Source of the DNA: Sphingomicrobium sp. | Lineage (GTDB): Bacteria > Pseudomonadota > Alphaproteobacteria > Sphingomonadales > Sphingomonadaceae | Assembly (NCBI GenBank): GCA_035710225.1 | Contig: DASTDT010000080.1 | Location: 1 to 48,982, forward strand | Direction: 5' to 3' | DNA: 48,982 bases | Part shown: positions 39,010 through 48,982 of the stretch, in pieces | How positions within the stretch are numbered: position 1 is the stretch's first letter | Layout: every line of letters begins with the position of its first letter | Position numbers and translations under genes: made by a program | The notes under the pieces: generated by a model | What the model was told of the DNA's origin: nothing | Database searches by the model: none | What the model saw: only the letters and a program-made list of their open reading frames with translations

Positions 39010-41829
39010 ATGCGCAAATCGCTTCGCCTGTCGTTTCTGCTCGCCGCCGCCACGCCGCTGGCGCTGGCCGTACCCTCCTTCGCCCAAGCGCCGGCCGCCC
39101 AATTCAAGGCGACCCCGGTTCCGCAGCTGATCAGCCGGGTCAAGATCCCGCACCGCGAGTTCAAGCTCGCCAATGGCCTTACCGTGCTCGTCCACGAGGA
39201 CCGCAAGGCGCCGGTCGTCGGGGTCGCGATGTGGTACAACGTCGGCTCGAAGGACGAGCCCAAGGGCAAGACCGGTTTTGCCCATCTTTTCGAGCATTTG
39301 ATGTTCAATGGCTCGGAAAACCTGCCCGAGGACTTCTTCAAATATCTCCAGCAGATTGGCGCGACCGACTATAACGGAACGACCAATTTCGACCGCACCA
39401 ACTATTTCCAGACGGTTCCCAAGGGCGCGCTCGAGCGGGTGCTGTTCATGGAAAGCGACCGCATGGGCCACCTGCTCGGCGCCGTCAGCCAGGGCGTGCT
39501 CGATAACCAGCGCGGCGTCGTCCAGAACGAAAAGCGCCAGGGCGACAACCAGCCCGGCGGCCTCGTCTTCTACGAGGTTCTGAAGGCGCTGTTCCCCGAG
39601 GGTCATCCCTATCGCCACTCGCCGATCGGGTCGATGGCCGATCTCGACTCGGCAAGCCTTGGCGACGTGCGCCAGTGGTTCGTCGATAATTACGGGCCCA
39701 ACAATGCCGTGCTGGTCCTCGCCGGCGATATCAGCGCCGCCGAAGCGCGGCCGCTGGTCGAGAAATATTTCGGATCGATCAAGCGCGGTCCGGTCAACGT
39801 CCCCGCGCAAGCTACGATCCCGACGCTCAAGGCCGACCGCACGATGGTCATGAAGGACCGGGTCGCCGCGACCACAGTGTCGCGCTACTGGCCGATGCCC
39901 GGCCTGCTCGACCGCCAGCTGGTCGCGCTCGATGTCGGCGGCTCAATCCTCGGCGGCCTGGCCAGCTCGCGGCTCGACGAGATCCTTGTTCGCAACGAGA
40001 AGATCGCGACCCAGGTTTCGGCCGGCCTGTTCCCGTTCCAGCGGGTCGGAATTTTCTTCACTCAGGCGACCGTCAAGCCCGGCGTCGATCCGGCGCTGGT
40101 CGAGCGCCGGGTCAACGAGATCCTGGCCGAGTTCATCGCCAAGGGCCCGACCGCCGTTGAGGTGCGCCGGGCGGCGACGTCCGAGGTCGCGGGACGGATT
40201 CGCGGCCTCGAATCGGTCGGCGGCTTCGGCGGCAAGGCAGTGACTTTGGCGGAAGGCGAGACCTTCACCGGCGACAGCAATTTCTACGCCAAGACGCTCG
40301 CGAATTACGCCACCGTCACCTCGGCCGAAGTCCAGCGCGCGATGCGCCAGTGGCTGACCCGTCCGGCCTTCACCCTGCGCCTCGAGCCCGGCGACCGGCC
40401 GGCCTATGAGGAAGCCAAGGCAGTCCCGGCGAGCACCGCCAACAAGGACGCCACGGCCGCTCCCAAGGGCGCGCCCAGGCCGATCCCGCCGCTCGGCCAG
40501 CTGTCGGGCCTGGACTTCCCGGACATCACCAACACCCGTCTGTCGAACGGCATCGAAGTCGAATATGCCCAGCGCACGGCGGTTCCGGTGACCCAGGTCG
40601 CAATGTCCTTCAACGCCGGCGATTCTGCCGACCCGGCCAACCGCCGCGGTCTGCAGACCTTTACCATGGCGATGCTCGACGAGGGCACGTCGATGATGAC
40701 CTCGCAGCAGCTAGCCGAGGCACGCGAGTCGCTGGGTGCAAGCATCAGCGCATCCGGGTCGGTCGACCGCTCGACGGTCTACCTCTCCGCCTTGTCCCCG
40801 AACCTGGCGCCGTCGCTTAGCCTGATGGGCTCGATCATCAAGGACCCGGCGTTCGCGCCGGCCGAGATCGAGCGCCTGCGGACCCAGTCGCTGACCGGGA
40901 TCGCCCAGGCCAAGAAGGACCCCAATGGCATCGGCCAGCGCCTGCTGCCGTCGCTGCTTTACGGCGCCGACCATCCCTACGCGGTCGTCCGCGGCGGCGA
41001 TGAAACGGCGATCAAGGCGCTCACCCGCACCGACCTGCTGGCGTTCCGCGACCGCTGGCTCCGCGCCGACAACGCCAAGATCTATGTCGTGTCCGACAAG
41101 CCGCTGGCCGAGGTCATGTCCCTGCTAGAGGCCGAGTTCGGCCGTTGGTCGGCCCCGGCGTCGGGCAAGGGGGTCAAGCAGTTCGGCGCGATTCCGCCAC
41201 GCCCCGCGAGCCCGCGGATCGTGCTCGTCGACCGGCCGCAATCGCCCCAATCGGTGATCTTCGCCGGCCAGGTCACGCCGGTCGATCCCAAGGGCCCGGT
41301 CGAGGCGCTCGGCTCGGCCAACGACGTGCTCGGCGGCAACTTCCTGTCGCGCATCAACATGGACCTCCGCGAAAGCAAGGGCTGGTCCTATGGCGTTCGC
41401 GGCGCGGCCCAGCTGCAGGAGCGGGCGGTGCCCTATGTCGTCACCGCGCCGGTCCAGGCCGATCGCACCGGCGAGTCGATCGTCGCGCTCAATGAGCAGA
41501 TCGGCGCCTTCCTCGGCGCCAAGGGGGTCACCGCGGAAGAGCAGGAGCGCACCATCGCCAACCGCATCAATGCCCTGCCCGGCCAGTTCGAGACGTCGGA
41601 GGCGGTGCTCGGGGCGATGATGAGCAACGATCTCTACGGCCGTCCCGACACCTATTACGAGACTCTCGCCGGGCGCTACCGGACCCTGACTGCCGCCGAC
41701 CTCGACAAGGCGATGCGGGATGCGGTCGACCCGCGCGGCTTCGTCTGGGTGGTGGTCGGCGACGCGGCCAAGATCCGACCGCAGCTGGAGAAGCTGGGCT
41801 ATCCGATCGAGGTCGTGCAACCGCGCTAA
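39010..41829 (+). CDS. M16 family zinc peptidase (pitrilysin/PqqL-like), secreted
   Basis: Signal peptide, inverted zincin HLFEH, NGTTNFDRTNY and a second inactive M16 half with LRESKGWSYG. Confidence 0.93.
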   Translation: MRKSLRLSFLLAAATPLALAVPSFAQAPAAQFKATPVPQLISRVKIPHREFKLANGLTVLVHEDRKAPVVGVAMWYNVGSKDEPKGKTGFAHLFEHLMFNGSENLPEDFFKYLQQIGATDYNGTTNFDRTNYFQTVPKGALERVLFMESDRMGHLLGAVSQGVLDNQRGVVQNEKRQGDNQPGGLVFYEVLKALFPEGHPYRHSPIGSMADLDSASLGDVRQWFVDNYGPNNAVLVLAGDISAAEARPLVEKYFGSIKRGPVNVPAQATIPTLKADRTMVMKDRVAATTVSRYWPMPGLLDRQLVALDVGGSILGGLASSRLDEILVRNEKIATQVSAGLFPFQRVGIFFTQATVKPGVDPALVERRVNEILAEFIAKGPTAVEVRRAATSEVAGRIRGLESVGGFGGKAVTLAEGETFTGDSNFYAKTLANYATVTSAEVQRAMRQWLTRPAFTLRLEPGDRPAYEEAKAVPASTANKDATAAPKGAPRPIPPLGQLSGLDFPDITNTRLSNGIEVEYAQRTAVPVTQVAMSFNAGDSADPANRRGLQTFTMAMLDEGTSMMTSQQLAEARESLGASISASGSVDRSTVYLSALSPNLAPSLSLMGSIIKDPAFAPAEIERLRTQSLTGIAQAKKDPNGIGQRLLPSLLYGADHPYAVVRGGDETAIKALTRTDLLAFRDRWLRADNAKIYVVSDKPLAEVMSLLEAEFGRWSAPASGKGVKQFGAIPPRPASPRIVLVDRPQSPQSVIFAGQVTPVDPKGPVEALGSANDVLGGNFLSRINMDLRESKGWSYGVRGAAQLQERAVPYVVTAPVQADRTGESIVALNEQIGAFLGAKGVTAEEQERTIANRINALPGQFETSEAVLGAMMSNDLYGRPDTYYETLAGRYRTLTAADLDKAMRDAVDPRGFVWVVVGDAAKIRPQLEKLGYPIEVVQPR

Positions 41830-41925
41830 AGCGGCCGAGAGCAAGAGGGCGTTCGCATAGCGAACGTCCGCTTGCGCGAAGAGACCGCGATAGCCGGCCA
41901 GCCTGCCGCGTAGCGGACAGGACTA

Positions 41926-41954
41926 ACGTTACGGGTTTACTCCCGTGACGGCTT
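41926..41954 (-). repeat. Palindromic repeat, copy 3 (inverted orientation)
   Basis: Reverse complement AAGCCGTCACGGGAGTAAACCCGTAACGT versus copy 2 AAGCCGTCACGG-AGTAAATCCGTGACGT (1 indel, 2 mismatches). Confidence 0.8.
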
Positions 41955-41988
41955 GCAGAGGTCTGCGAGATGCCAGTTGCAGGCGTCG

Positions 41989-43053
41989 CTAGGGCCGGGG
42001 CCTCAACCTCGTGACGTGCCCCATCTTGCGTCCGGGCCGGGCCTCGCCCTTGTTGTAGAGGTGCAGCGCGGCGCCGTCCTCACCGAACAGATCGGCCCAG
42101 CGATCGACATCGGCGCCAATCAGATTTTCCATCTCGGCGCCGCCATCGGACAAGGCCGGGTCGCCGAGCGGAAGGCCGCAGATGGCGCGAACGTGCTGCT
42201 CGAATTGGGAGGTCAGCGCGCCCTCGATCGTCCAGTGTCCGCTGTTGTGCACGCGCGGCGCGAACTCGTTTACCAGCGGGCCGTCGGCGGTGGCGAAGAA
42301 TTCGACTGTCAGCACGCCGACATGGCCAAGGTCGCGCACGATCTTCTCGGCGATGCTCCTCGCCTCGCCCGCTTGGGCGGCGATCAGCTCGCCGCCGGGG
42401 ACGATCGAGCGGCGCAGGATGCCGCCCTCATGGATGTTGCGCGGGGGATCGAAGCAGCGCGTTGCGCCATCGGCCGCGCGCGCGACGATCAACGAAAATT
42501 CCAGCTCGAATTCGACCGCGGCTTCGGCCACCGCCGGCTGCCGCCCGATCGCCTCAAAGGCCTCGATCGCCTCCCCTGGAGAGCGGGCCCAGGCCTGGCC
42601 CTTGCCGTCATAGCCGAAGCGGCGGGTCTTAAGCACCAGCGGCAGACCCAACGCGCGCTCAGCAGCCGCGGCGTCCTCGGGCGTTTCGACATTGCGCCAC
42701 GGCGCTACCCGGGCACCGGCGGAGATGAGGAACTGCTTCTCCACCGCCCGGTCCTGTGCGACTTCCAGGCTGCGGGTGCCCGGAATCAGCTTGGCGCCGA
42801 CCGCGGCGAGGGGCTCGACGGCGACATTCTCGAACTCGTAGGTGACGACGTCGCAGCACTCGCCGAACGCGGCAAGGGCCGTGCGGTCGTCAAATCGGCC
42901 GCGCGTGAACGCTCCGCTGACTTCGGCCGCGCACGGCGCTTCGTGCGGATCGTAGACGTGGCAGCGAAAACCGAGCCGGGCAGCCGCCATCGCCATCATC
43001 CGGCCGAGCTGGCCGCCGCCGATAATGCCGATGGTCGAGCCGGGAGCCAGCAC
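41989..43053 (-). CDS. purK: N5-carboxyaminoimidazole ribonucleotide synthase
   Basis: GGGQLGRM, TYEFENV, GYDGKGQ, APRVHNSGHWT and RPGRKMGHV. GTG start at 43053 (TTG at 43059 possible). Confidence 0.96.
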   Translation of the reverse strand: MLAPGSTIGIIGGGQLGRMMAMAAARLGFRCHVYDPHEAPCAAEVSGAFTRGRFDDRTALAAFGECCDVVTYEFENVAVEPLAAVGAKLIPGTRSLEVAQDRAVEKQFLISAGARVAPWRNVETPEDAAAAERALGLPLVLKTRRFGYDGKGQAWARSPGEAIEAFEAIGRQPAVAEAAVEFELEFSLIVARAADGATRCFDPPRNIHEGGILRRSIVPGGELIAAQAGEARSIAEKIVRDLGHVGVLTVEFFATADGPLVNEFAPRVHNSGHWTIEGALTSQFEQHVRAICGLPLGDPALSDGGAEMENLIGADVDRWADLFGEDGAALHLYNKGEARPGRKMGHVTRLRPRP

Positions 43054-43066
43054 CTTCAAGGACGGA

Positions 43067-43549
43067 TCACTCCGGACTCTCGGCAACGCCTTGGGTTTGC
43101 TTCGCGCGCCACTCGGCGAGTCGCGCGCCGAGCGCTTCGTCGGCCGTCGCGAGGATCGCCGCGGCGAGCAAAGCGGCATTGATCGCTCCGGCCTGGCCGA
43201 TGGCCAGGGTCGCGACCGGCACGCCGGCGGGCATCTGGACGATCGACAGCAAGCTATCGATTCCGCCGAGGGTTTTCGATTCGACCGGCACGCCGAGCAC
43301 CGGCAATGCGGTCATCGCCGCGGTCATCCCCGGCAAATGGGCAGCTCCGCCGGCGCCGGCGATGATCAGCTTGAGCCCGCGCCCGCTGGCGCCGCGCGCA
43401 TAATCATAGAGCCGCTCCGGAGTGCGGTGGGCGGAAACGACCTTGGCCTCATGGGCAATGCCGAGTGCATCGAGCGTCTCGGCCGCATGGCGAAGGGTGC
43501 TCCAGTCCGACCGGCTGCCCATGATGATCCCGACGACGACAGCGCCCAT
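43067..43549 (-). CDS. purE: N5-CAIR mutase
   Basis: [21 protein letters not shown] and [11 protein letters not shown]. Confidence 0.97.
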   Translation of the reverse strand: MGAVVVGIIMGSRSDWSTLRHAAETLDALGIAHEAKVVSAHRTPERLYDYARGASGRGLKLIIAGAGGAAHLPGMTAAMTALPVLGVPVESKTLGGIDSLLSIVQMPAGVPVATLAIGQAGAINAALLAAAILATADEALGARLAEWRAKQTQGVAESPE

Positions 43550-43708
43550 GTCAGCTTGCTCCCCAGTGAAAGCTCCAAGCGGCGGGTGTAGGAAGAAGGC
43601 GCGGGCCGCGCAATCGTCCGGCGGCGGGACAATTCGGCGAACTGCCGTTCCGGTTTCACTTAACCTCTGTTATATCCACCGTGAAGATCGCGGGCATTAG
43701 CGGAACTG

Positions 43709-44284
43709 ATGGAAAATATGGTGCTGGACGCCGAACCAGAGGCGTTGATGGACGAGATACGCCGCCTCGAGGCCGAGGTTGCGCGCCTCGAGGCGCGGGT
43801 CGAGCAACTCGATCGCCTGGCGTGCATGGATACGCTCGTTCCTACTGCCAATCGCCGCGGCCTGATGAAGGCGCTCGAGATGGTGCTCGCACGCCATGAA
43901 CGGCACGACGTCCCTGCGGCGATCCTGTTCATCGACGTCGATGGCCTCAAATCGATCAACGATTCGCACGGCCACGCCGCGGGCGATGCCGCATTGGTGC
44001 ACCTGACCGCGCTGATGAAGGAGAATGTCCGCAAGACCGACCTCGTCGCACGCATTGGCGGTGACGAGTTCGCGGTCCTGCTCGATCACAGTCCCGCGGA
44101 AGTCGCGACGCAGACCGCGGGTCGCCTGGCGATGCAGGTTGCCGATAGCGAATTGCTGTACGACGGAGTTGCGCTCGACCTCAGCGTCGCCATCGGCCTG
44201 GCCATGATCGAGCGTGGCGACACCGCCGAAAGCGTGCTCGATCGCGCCGACCGCGCGATGTATTCGCGCAAGAATGCCGCCTAA
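43709..44284 (+). CDS. Diguanylate cyclase (coiled coil + GGDEF)
   Basis: [31 protein letters not shown]-site and RIGGDEF. Confidence 0.92.
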   Translation: MENMVLDAEPEALMDEIRRLEAEVARLEARVEQLDRLACMDTLVPTANRRGLMKALEMVLARHERHDVPAAILFIDVDGLKSINDSHGHAAGDAALVHLTALMKENVRKTDLVARIGGDEFAVLLDHSPAEVATQTAGRLAMQVADSELLYDGVALDLSVAIGLAMIERGDTAESVLDRADRAMYSRKNAA

Positions 44285-44967
44285 CGCTCGCTGAGATAAT
44301 ATCGGTCACGGACCGCGAGGTCTTCGCCGAGCTCGTAGACGATCGGCTTGCCGGTCGGGATCTCGAGACCGACGATGTCGTCGTCGGAAATGCCGGACAA
44401 ATGCTTTTCGAGGGCGCGCAGCGAATTGCCGTGAGCGGCGACGATGACCCGCTGCCCGGCCTTCAGCCCCGGCACGATCTCGGCCTCATAATAAGGAAGC
44501 ACCCGCGCTATCGTGTCCTTGAGGCTTTCGGCCTCGGGAACCGCGATGCCCTCGTAGCGGCGGTCTCCCGCCAACTGCCACGGGCTATTTGCCTCCAGCG
44601 GCGGCGGCGGGATATCGAACGAGCGGCGCCAGATCTTGACCTGGTCGGCCCCAACTCGGTCGATCATCTCCTGCTTGTTGAGGCCGGTGAGGCCACCGTA
44701 ATGCCGCTCGTTCAAGCGCCAGTCCTTGGTCACCGGCAGCCAGAGCCGATCCATCTCATGAAGCACGAGGTGGAGGGTGCGGATGGCGCGGGTCAGGACC
44801 GAGGTGAAGCAAACGTCGAAGTCGACGCCGCGCTCGGCCAGCAACCGACCGGCGGCACGGGCCTCGACGATGCCCTGCTCGCTCAGGTCGGAATCCCACC
44901 AGCCGGTGAAGCGATTCTCGAGGTTCCAACGCGACTGGCCGTGCCGAAGCAGCACGAGCGTCGGCAT
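44281..44967 (-). CDS. gpmA: 2,3-bisphosphoglycerate-dependent phosphoglycerate mutase
   Basis: LLRHGQS, NRFTGW, LNERHYG and AHGNSLR. Confidence 0.96.
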   Translation of the reverse strand: MPTLVLLRHGQSRWNLENRFTGWWDSDLSEQGIVEARAAGRLLAERGVDFDVCFTSVLTRAIRTLHLVLHEMDRLWLPVTKDWRLNERHYGGLTGLNKQEMIDRVGADQVKIWRRSFDIPPPPLEANSPWQLAGDRRYEGIAVPEAESLKDTIARVLPYYEAEIVPGLKAGQRVIVAAHGNSLRALEKHLSGISDDDIVGLEIPTGKPIVYELGEDLAVRDRYYLSER

Positions 44968-46133
44968 CAGACGGTCTCGCGCTCGCGGGCGGGCGCCTGG
45001 GCGGCGGCCTCCTTCAGCTCGGGCAGGATGGCGTGGAGCGCATCGAGGCAGGCGCCGGCCAGATATTTGGAGCGCTCGGGCGACCAGCCGTAGAGATCGT
45101 CGGGCAAGTCGAGATTGTCCTTAAACGGCATTTCAAGGGTCATCGACACGCAGCCATAGCGCTCGGCCAGCTGGGTGGTGGACATTGACATATTGGCCTG
45201 GCCGGGAGCCGGAATTTCATAGCCCTGGCGGGTCTGGAAGTCGGGCGACAGCCGCTCGAGCGTATCGCTGAACAGCTTGAACAGCCGCGACTGGCGCTCG
45301 GTCAGCGAGGGAATGCCTTCGAATCCGGCGAGGAAATTGGCGGGGATCGCCTCGTCGCCGTGGATGTCCATCGCGAAGGCCGGTGGGTCCTGGTCCATCG
45401 CGCCGCGGACGCACAGTACTTCCGGGCTCTTGTCGGCGCTGGGCGAATGCCATTCGCGGTTGAGGTTGACCCCCACCGCATTGGTCCGAAGGTGCCCCCG
45501 GCGCGAGCCGTCCGGGTTCATGTTGGGAACGACATGGAAGGTGACTTCCGATCGCAGCACGCGGGCAATTGGGTCGTCGGCATCGGTCAGCTTCTCGAGC
45601 GCGCCCTCCATCCACCATTCGGCCATCGTCTCGCCGGGATGTTGGCGGGCGTAGAGCCAGGCGGTGAGCTTGCCCTCGCCGATCGTCAGGCAGTCGATGT
45701 CTTGCCCGTCGAGGCTCTTGCCGAGGCTCCGATAGCCTACCCCAGGGAGCGCAGCGACGGTGGAGACGAGATCGTGATGACGCTCCATCGAATAGGGCGC
45801 GAAATAGGCCAGCCAGACGATGTCGGTCTCCGGCGTCAGGCGGATGGTCAGTGTGCCGTCGGCAAAACTGGTGTCGGGGACCCGGACCCAATCCTCGCGG
45901 TCGATCGACACGCACGCCTGGTAGCCCGGCCAGCCGTCCGGATAGGCCGCGCCCGCGCAATTGACGATTTCGAGGGTCACCTCGCGCCCGCCGGCACCGG
46001 CCAGCCGGAAGTGGAACCACTGGTAGAAATCGCTCATGTGATCGGCGACGATCTCGAGCTTGGCGCTATCGCCGGACTGAGAGATAACCCGGATGTTGCC
46101 GGAATCGAACGAGCTTGAGATGGTAAGGGCCAT
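44967..46133 (-). CDS. M14 cytosolic carboxypeptidase-like protein
   Basis: FDSGNI, QWFHF, RQHPGE, NPDG, NLNR, DIHGDE and TLEMPFKD. Start re-assigned to ATG 46133. Confidence 0.92.
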   Translation of the reverse strand: MALTISSSFDSGNIRVISQSGDSAKLEIVADHMSDFYQWFHFRLAGAGGREVTLEIVNCAGAAYPDGWPGYQACVSIDREDWVRVPDTSFADGTLTIRLTPETDIVWLAYFAPYSMERHHDLVSTVAALPGVGYRSLGKSLDGQDIDCLTIGEGKLTAWLYARQHPGETMAEWWMEGALEKLTDADDPIARVLRSEVTFHVVPNMNPDGSRRGHLRTNAVGVNLNREWHSPSADKSPEVLCVRGAMDQDPPAFAMDIHGDEAIPANFLAGFEGIPSLTERQSRLFKLFSDTLERLSPDFQTRQGYEIPAPGQANMSMSTTQLAERYGCVSMTLEMPFKDNLDLPDDLYGWSPERSKYLAGACLDALHAILPELKEAAAQAPARERETV

Positions 46134-46226
46134 GGTGCCTGTCTTGTGCTGGGTCGGTTGGCGGGCCTGATAGGAAAGCATCGGCGCCATGCCTAGCCCT
46201 TCGCTGGCTCGCAACGCCTTCGCGCC

Positions 46227-46255
46227 TTGACTTGGCAACCGCCGCTGACTAGGGG
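46227..46255 (+). promoter_or_regulatory. Probable sigma70 promoter of the L36 gene
   Basis: TTGACT-N17-TAGGGG. Confidence 0.5.
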
Positions 46256-46314
46256 GACGCCCGGTTTAACGACCTTCCGAAAATACGACAAAGCAAGCAA
46301 GGCAGCGCCCGGCC

Positions 46315-46440
46315 ATGAAGATTCGCAACTCCCTGAAGTCGCTCAAGTCGCGTCACCGCGATTGCCGGGTGATCCGTCGCCGCGGCCGGACATACGTCAT
46401 CAACAAGACCAACCGCCGGTTTAAGGCGCGTCAGGGCTAA
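46315..46440 (+). CDS. ykgO: 50S ribosomal protein L36, Zn-free type B (not in the ORF track)
   Basis: [41 protein letters not shown] (41 aa). Confidence 0.97.
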   Translation: MKIRNSLKSLKSRHRDCRVIRRRGRTYVINKTNRRFKARQG

Positions 46441-46518
46441 GGCCCAACCGACTTCCCATTTTTGGACGGTCCGCCGCGAGCCAGCCTCGCGCACGCCCCC
46501 GCTCGCCTGCCTGCCAAC

Positions 46519-46543
46519 GGAACCCGCCCGCACAATGCGCGTT
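46519..46543 (+). promoter_or_regulatory. EcfG (general stress response sigma) promoter
   Basis: Exact GGAAC-N16-CGTT, 39 nt upstream of ATG 46583. Confidence 0.75.
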
Positions 46544-46582
46544 CGTTTCGCAGGAACAACAGAAAAACAGGGAGCTGGTAAC

Positions 46583-46801
46583 ATGGTCGACGAAAATGAC
46601 CGCGGACCCGACCGCGAAACCGTTGAGCGGACGACGATCGTTGAAACCGACGGCGGCGGCGGCGGAGGCGGCGTTCTTGCCGTGGTGCTGCTGATCATCG
46701 TCGTTCTCGTCCTGCTCTTCCTGTTCCGCGACCAGCTGGGCTTCGGAGCGCAAGAAAGCGACATCAACATCCCCGACAAGATCGAGGTCAACGTCAACTG
46801 A
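46583..46801 (+). CDS. Small single-TM protein with poly-Gly (72 aa)
   Basis: GGGAG SD, acidic N-terminus, Gly7 run, one TM and a DINIPDKIEVNVN tail. Confidence 0.75.
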   Translation: MVDENDRGPDRETVERTTIVETDGGGGGGGVLAVVLLIIVVLVLLFLFRDQLGFGAQESDINIPDKIEVNVN

Positions 46802-46892
46802 CCAATGACGAGCCGGGACTGCAAGGCGGTCCCGGCTCAATCGCGCTCCTCGGTTTGAAATATCCAGCGCGCCAGCGTAACGCGATGGGCCC

Positions 46893-47447
46893 ATGAGCCA
46901 TCCCTTCGCCCTCGACCGAATCCACCACGTCGCCTATCGCTGCAAGGACGCGGGCGAGACGGTCGCCTGGTATCAACGCGTGCTCGGCATGCGCTACACC
47001 AATGCCTTCGCCGAGGACCATGTACCCTCGACCGGCGCCTACGACCCGTACATGCACGTCTTCCTCGATTGCGGCGGCGGCAATGTCCTCGCCTTCTTCG
47101 AACTGCCCAACCAGCCGGAAATGGGCCGCGATCCCAATACGCCCGAGTGGGTGCAGCACATCGCCTTTCAGGTTGCCGACCTCGATGCTCTGGCCGCCGC
47201 CAAGGCGCATGTCGAAGCGCAGGGCGTCGAGGTGCTCGGACCCACCTTCCACGGCATTTTCCGCTCGATCTATTTCTTCGACCCCAACGGCCACCGGCTC
47301 GAGCTTGCCTGCAACATCGGCACCCCCGACCAATATGCCGAGTTGGAGCGCGTGGCGCCATTGATGCTCGAGGAATGGAGCCAGACCAAAAAGGCCCCGA
47401 AGCACGCGCAATGGCTCCACGTCGATCCAGGCTCCCTGATCGAATGA
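46893..47447 (+). CDS. VOC/glyoxalase family protein
   Basis: IHHVAYRC, LAFFE, QHIAF and SIYFFDPNGHRLE. Confidence 0.9.
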   Translation: MSHPFALDRIHHVAYRCKDAGETVAWYQRVLGMRYTNAFAEDHVPSTGAYDPYMHVFLDCGGGNVLAFFELPNQPEMGRDPNTPEWVQHIAFQVADLDALAAAKAHVEAQGVEVLGPTFHGIFRSIYFFDPNGHRLELACNIGTPDQYAELERVAPLMLEEWSQTKKAPKHAQWLHVDPGSLIE

Positions 47448-47487
47448 ACGCCGGGCCGGCACTCCCCACAGACAGGAACAAAACCGA

Positions 47488-48495
47488 ATGAAGCTCGCTT
47501 CCCTGAAGGGCGGCCGCGACGGCCGGCTGGTGGTCGTCTCCGACGATCTCGCCTGGTTCGCCGACGCCGGCCATATCGTGCCAACGCTGCAGGGCGCGCT
47601 CGACGACTGGGAGCGGTTCGAGCCGTTGCTCGAGAGCCTAAGCACCGACCTCGAGCATGGCGCCATTCCGCGCATGCGCTTCCATGAGCGCGACGCCGCG
47701 TCCCCCCTTCCGCGCGCGTACCAGTGGGCCGACGGCTCAGCCTATGTGAACCATGTCGCGCTGGTCCGGCAGGCGCGCGGCGCCGAGATGCCGGACAGCT
47801 TCTGGCACGACCCCTTGATGTACCAGGGCGGCTCCGACTCGTTCCTCGGCCCGCGCGAGGACATCCCGCTGGCCGACGAAAGCTGGGGCTGCGACCTCGA
47901 GGCGGAGGTGGTGGTGGTGACCGGCGACGTGCCGCAGGGCGTGTCGAGCGAGGACGCCGTGAGCCTCATCCGCCTGGTCGGGCTGACCAACGACGTCAGC
48001 CTTCGTAACCTCATCCCTGGTGAGCTGGCCAAGGGCTTCGGCTTCTTCCAGTCGAAGCCGGCGTCGAGCTTCTCGCCGGTGTTCGTGACGCCGCAGGCGC
48101 TCGGTGACCGCTGGCGGGGCGGCAAGCTTCACGGCTGCCTGAGGGTCGAGTTGAACGGCAAGCCGTTCGGGCGAGCCGATGCGGGCGAGGACATGACGTT
48201 CGACTTCGGCACGCTCATCGCCCACGCGGCGAAGACGCGCCGGCTCGGCGCCGGAACGATCATCGGCTCGGGCACGGTCAGCAATCGCGACACTGACGGT
48301 GGCCCGGGACGGCCGGTCGCCGAGGGCGGGCTCGGCTACAGCTGCATCGCCGAACTGCGAATGGTCGAGACGATCCTTCGCGGCAAGCCTGAGACGGGCT
48401 TCCTCAAGGCCGGTGACACCATCGCCATCACCATGACCGACGATCGGCATCACCCGATCTTCGGGACGATCGAGCAAAAGGTAGTCGCCGCCTAG
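47488..48495 (+). CDS. Fumarylacetoacetate hydrolase family protein
   Basis: MKLASL..GRDG, QWADGSAY, YQGGSD, DLEAE, NDVSLR, QSKP and GSGTVSN. Confidence 0.92.
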   Translation: MKLASLKGGRDGRLVVVSDDLAWFADAGHIVPTLQGALDDWERFEPLLESLSTDLEHGAIPRMRFHERDAASPLPRAYQWADGSAYVNHVALVRQARGAEMPDSFWHDPLMYQGGSDSFLGPREDIPLADESWGCDLEAEVVVVTGDVPQGVSSEDAVSLIRLVGLTNDVSLRNLIPGELAKGFGFFQSKPASSFSPVFVTPQALGDRWRGGKLHGCLRVELNGKPFGRADAGEDMTFDFGTLIAHAAKTRRLGAGTIIGSGTVSNRDTDGGPGRPVAEGGLGYSCIAELRMVETILRGKPETGFLKAGDTIAITMTDDRHHPIFGTIEQKVVAA

Positions 48496-48982
48496 ATTTG
48501 CCCGCGCGTCTCGGCCAGCAACCGGGTCGCGGCGTAGAGGTTGGCGAGGTTGGGCGCCGGAACGCCGTGGCGCTCGGCCAGCTCGAGCGGAGCGCCTAGC
48601 AGGGCCTCCAGCTCGATCCTTCGGCCGGCCTCCAGATCCTGCAGCATCGACGTCTTGAAGGCGCCGAGCCGCGCGGTGACCGCGATCCGCTCTTCGCCGC
48701 TTTCCGTAATCGGGCAATCGATAGCCGCACCGATCGCGCGCGCTTCCTCCATGCAATCGAGGATCAAGGGCCGGCACTCGGCGATGATCCGGTCGGCGGT
48801 CGCGCCGGTCAGCGCGGACAAGGGGTTCATCGTCATATTGCCCCACGCCTTGTACCAGGTGGCGCGGCGGATATCCGCCACGGCCTCCGCGCGAATGCCC
48901 GATTGGGCGAACACTTCCGCGATGGCGGCCACTCGCTCGCTTTGCCCGCCCTCGGGCTCGCCAATGATCAGCCGGTCGACAT
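48492..48982 (-). CDS. Ketopantoate reductase family protein (5' truncated by the window edge)
   Basis: WYKAWGN..MNPLSALT and TSMLQDLEAGRRIELEA (ApbA C-terminal domain). The frame stays open to the window end. Confidence 0.88.
   Translation of the reverse strand, partial: VDRLIIGEPEGGQSERVAAIAEVFAQSGIRAEAVADIRRATWYKAWGNMTMNPLSALTGATADRIIAECRPLILDCMEEARAIGAAIDCPITESGEERIAVTARLGAFKTSMLQDLEAGRRIELEALLGAPLELAERHGVPAPNLANLYAATRLLAETRGQI

Noticed and set aside
33031-41954. Palindromic repeats as a CRISPR array or integron attC sites
   Set aside because: Only three dispersed copies with kb-scale spacing, no cas or intI gene, and no proper RYYYAAC/GTTRRRY ends.
4461-46238. Long N-terminal extensions in the ORF track for bamD, yajC, hslU, hslV, the endolysin, uvrB, the SNase, purK and the M14 peptidase
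   Set aside because: They overlap neighbouring genes, the tRNA or promoters. Downstream starts fit SD position and family length better.
46315-46440. Zn-free L36 as a sign of a zinc-starvation paralog
   Set aside because: The Zn-free form is the usual L36 in alphaproteobacteria, and I saw no Zur box.
46651-46672. (GGC)n run as a phase-variable repeat
   Set aside because: In-frame trinucleotide run encoding poly-Gly and interrupted by GGA; slippage would not switch the frame.

Overview
This is a high-GC alphaproteobacterial chromosomal window. Gene content and promoter style suggest Sphingomonadaceae (inference, not a database result). The backbone is housekeeping: ligA-DLH-recN-bamD, secF-secD-yajC-tRNA-Pro(GGG), hslU/hslV, uvrB, nrdA/nrdB with tandem NrdR boxes, lepA, purK/purE, gpmA and Zn-free L36, plus many envelope hydrolases and peptidases. 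I found no integrase, transposase, phage structural gene or CRISPR array. Five things stand out. (1) A complete, tightly coupled phage-type lysis cassette (GH108 endolysin, 2-TM holin candidate, overlapped i-/o-spanin pair; 12133-13603) sits alone in core DNA; it may be a domesticated GTA-release, type-10-secretion or programmed-lysis module. (2) A circularly permuted, Tat-exported D-amino-acid-oxidase lipoprotein is inserted between hslV and hslU. (3) Three micro membrane genes between nrdA and nrdB are joined by a repeated GCCAATGA junction. (4) An accessory islet after nrdB carries two membrane-anchored nucleases and a recurring palindrome (GCCGTCRCGGAGTAAATCCG) that brackets two genes as a direct repeat and recurs at 41.9 kb. 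(5) Three small C-terminal-TM genes, including the HNH nuclease, share one CtrA-like, near-leaderless promoter architecture. All family calls come from motif recognition by eye. Several start codons were re-assigned relative to the ORF track.
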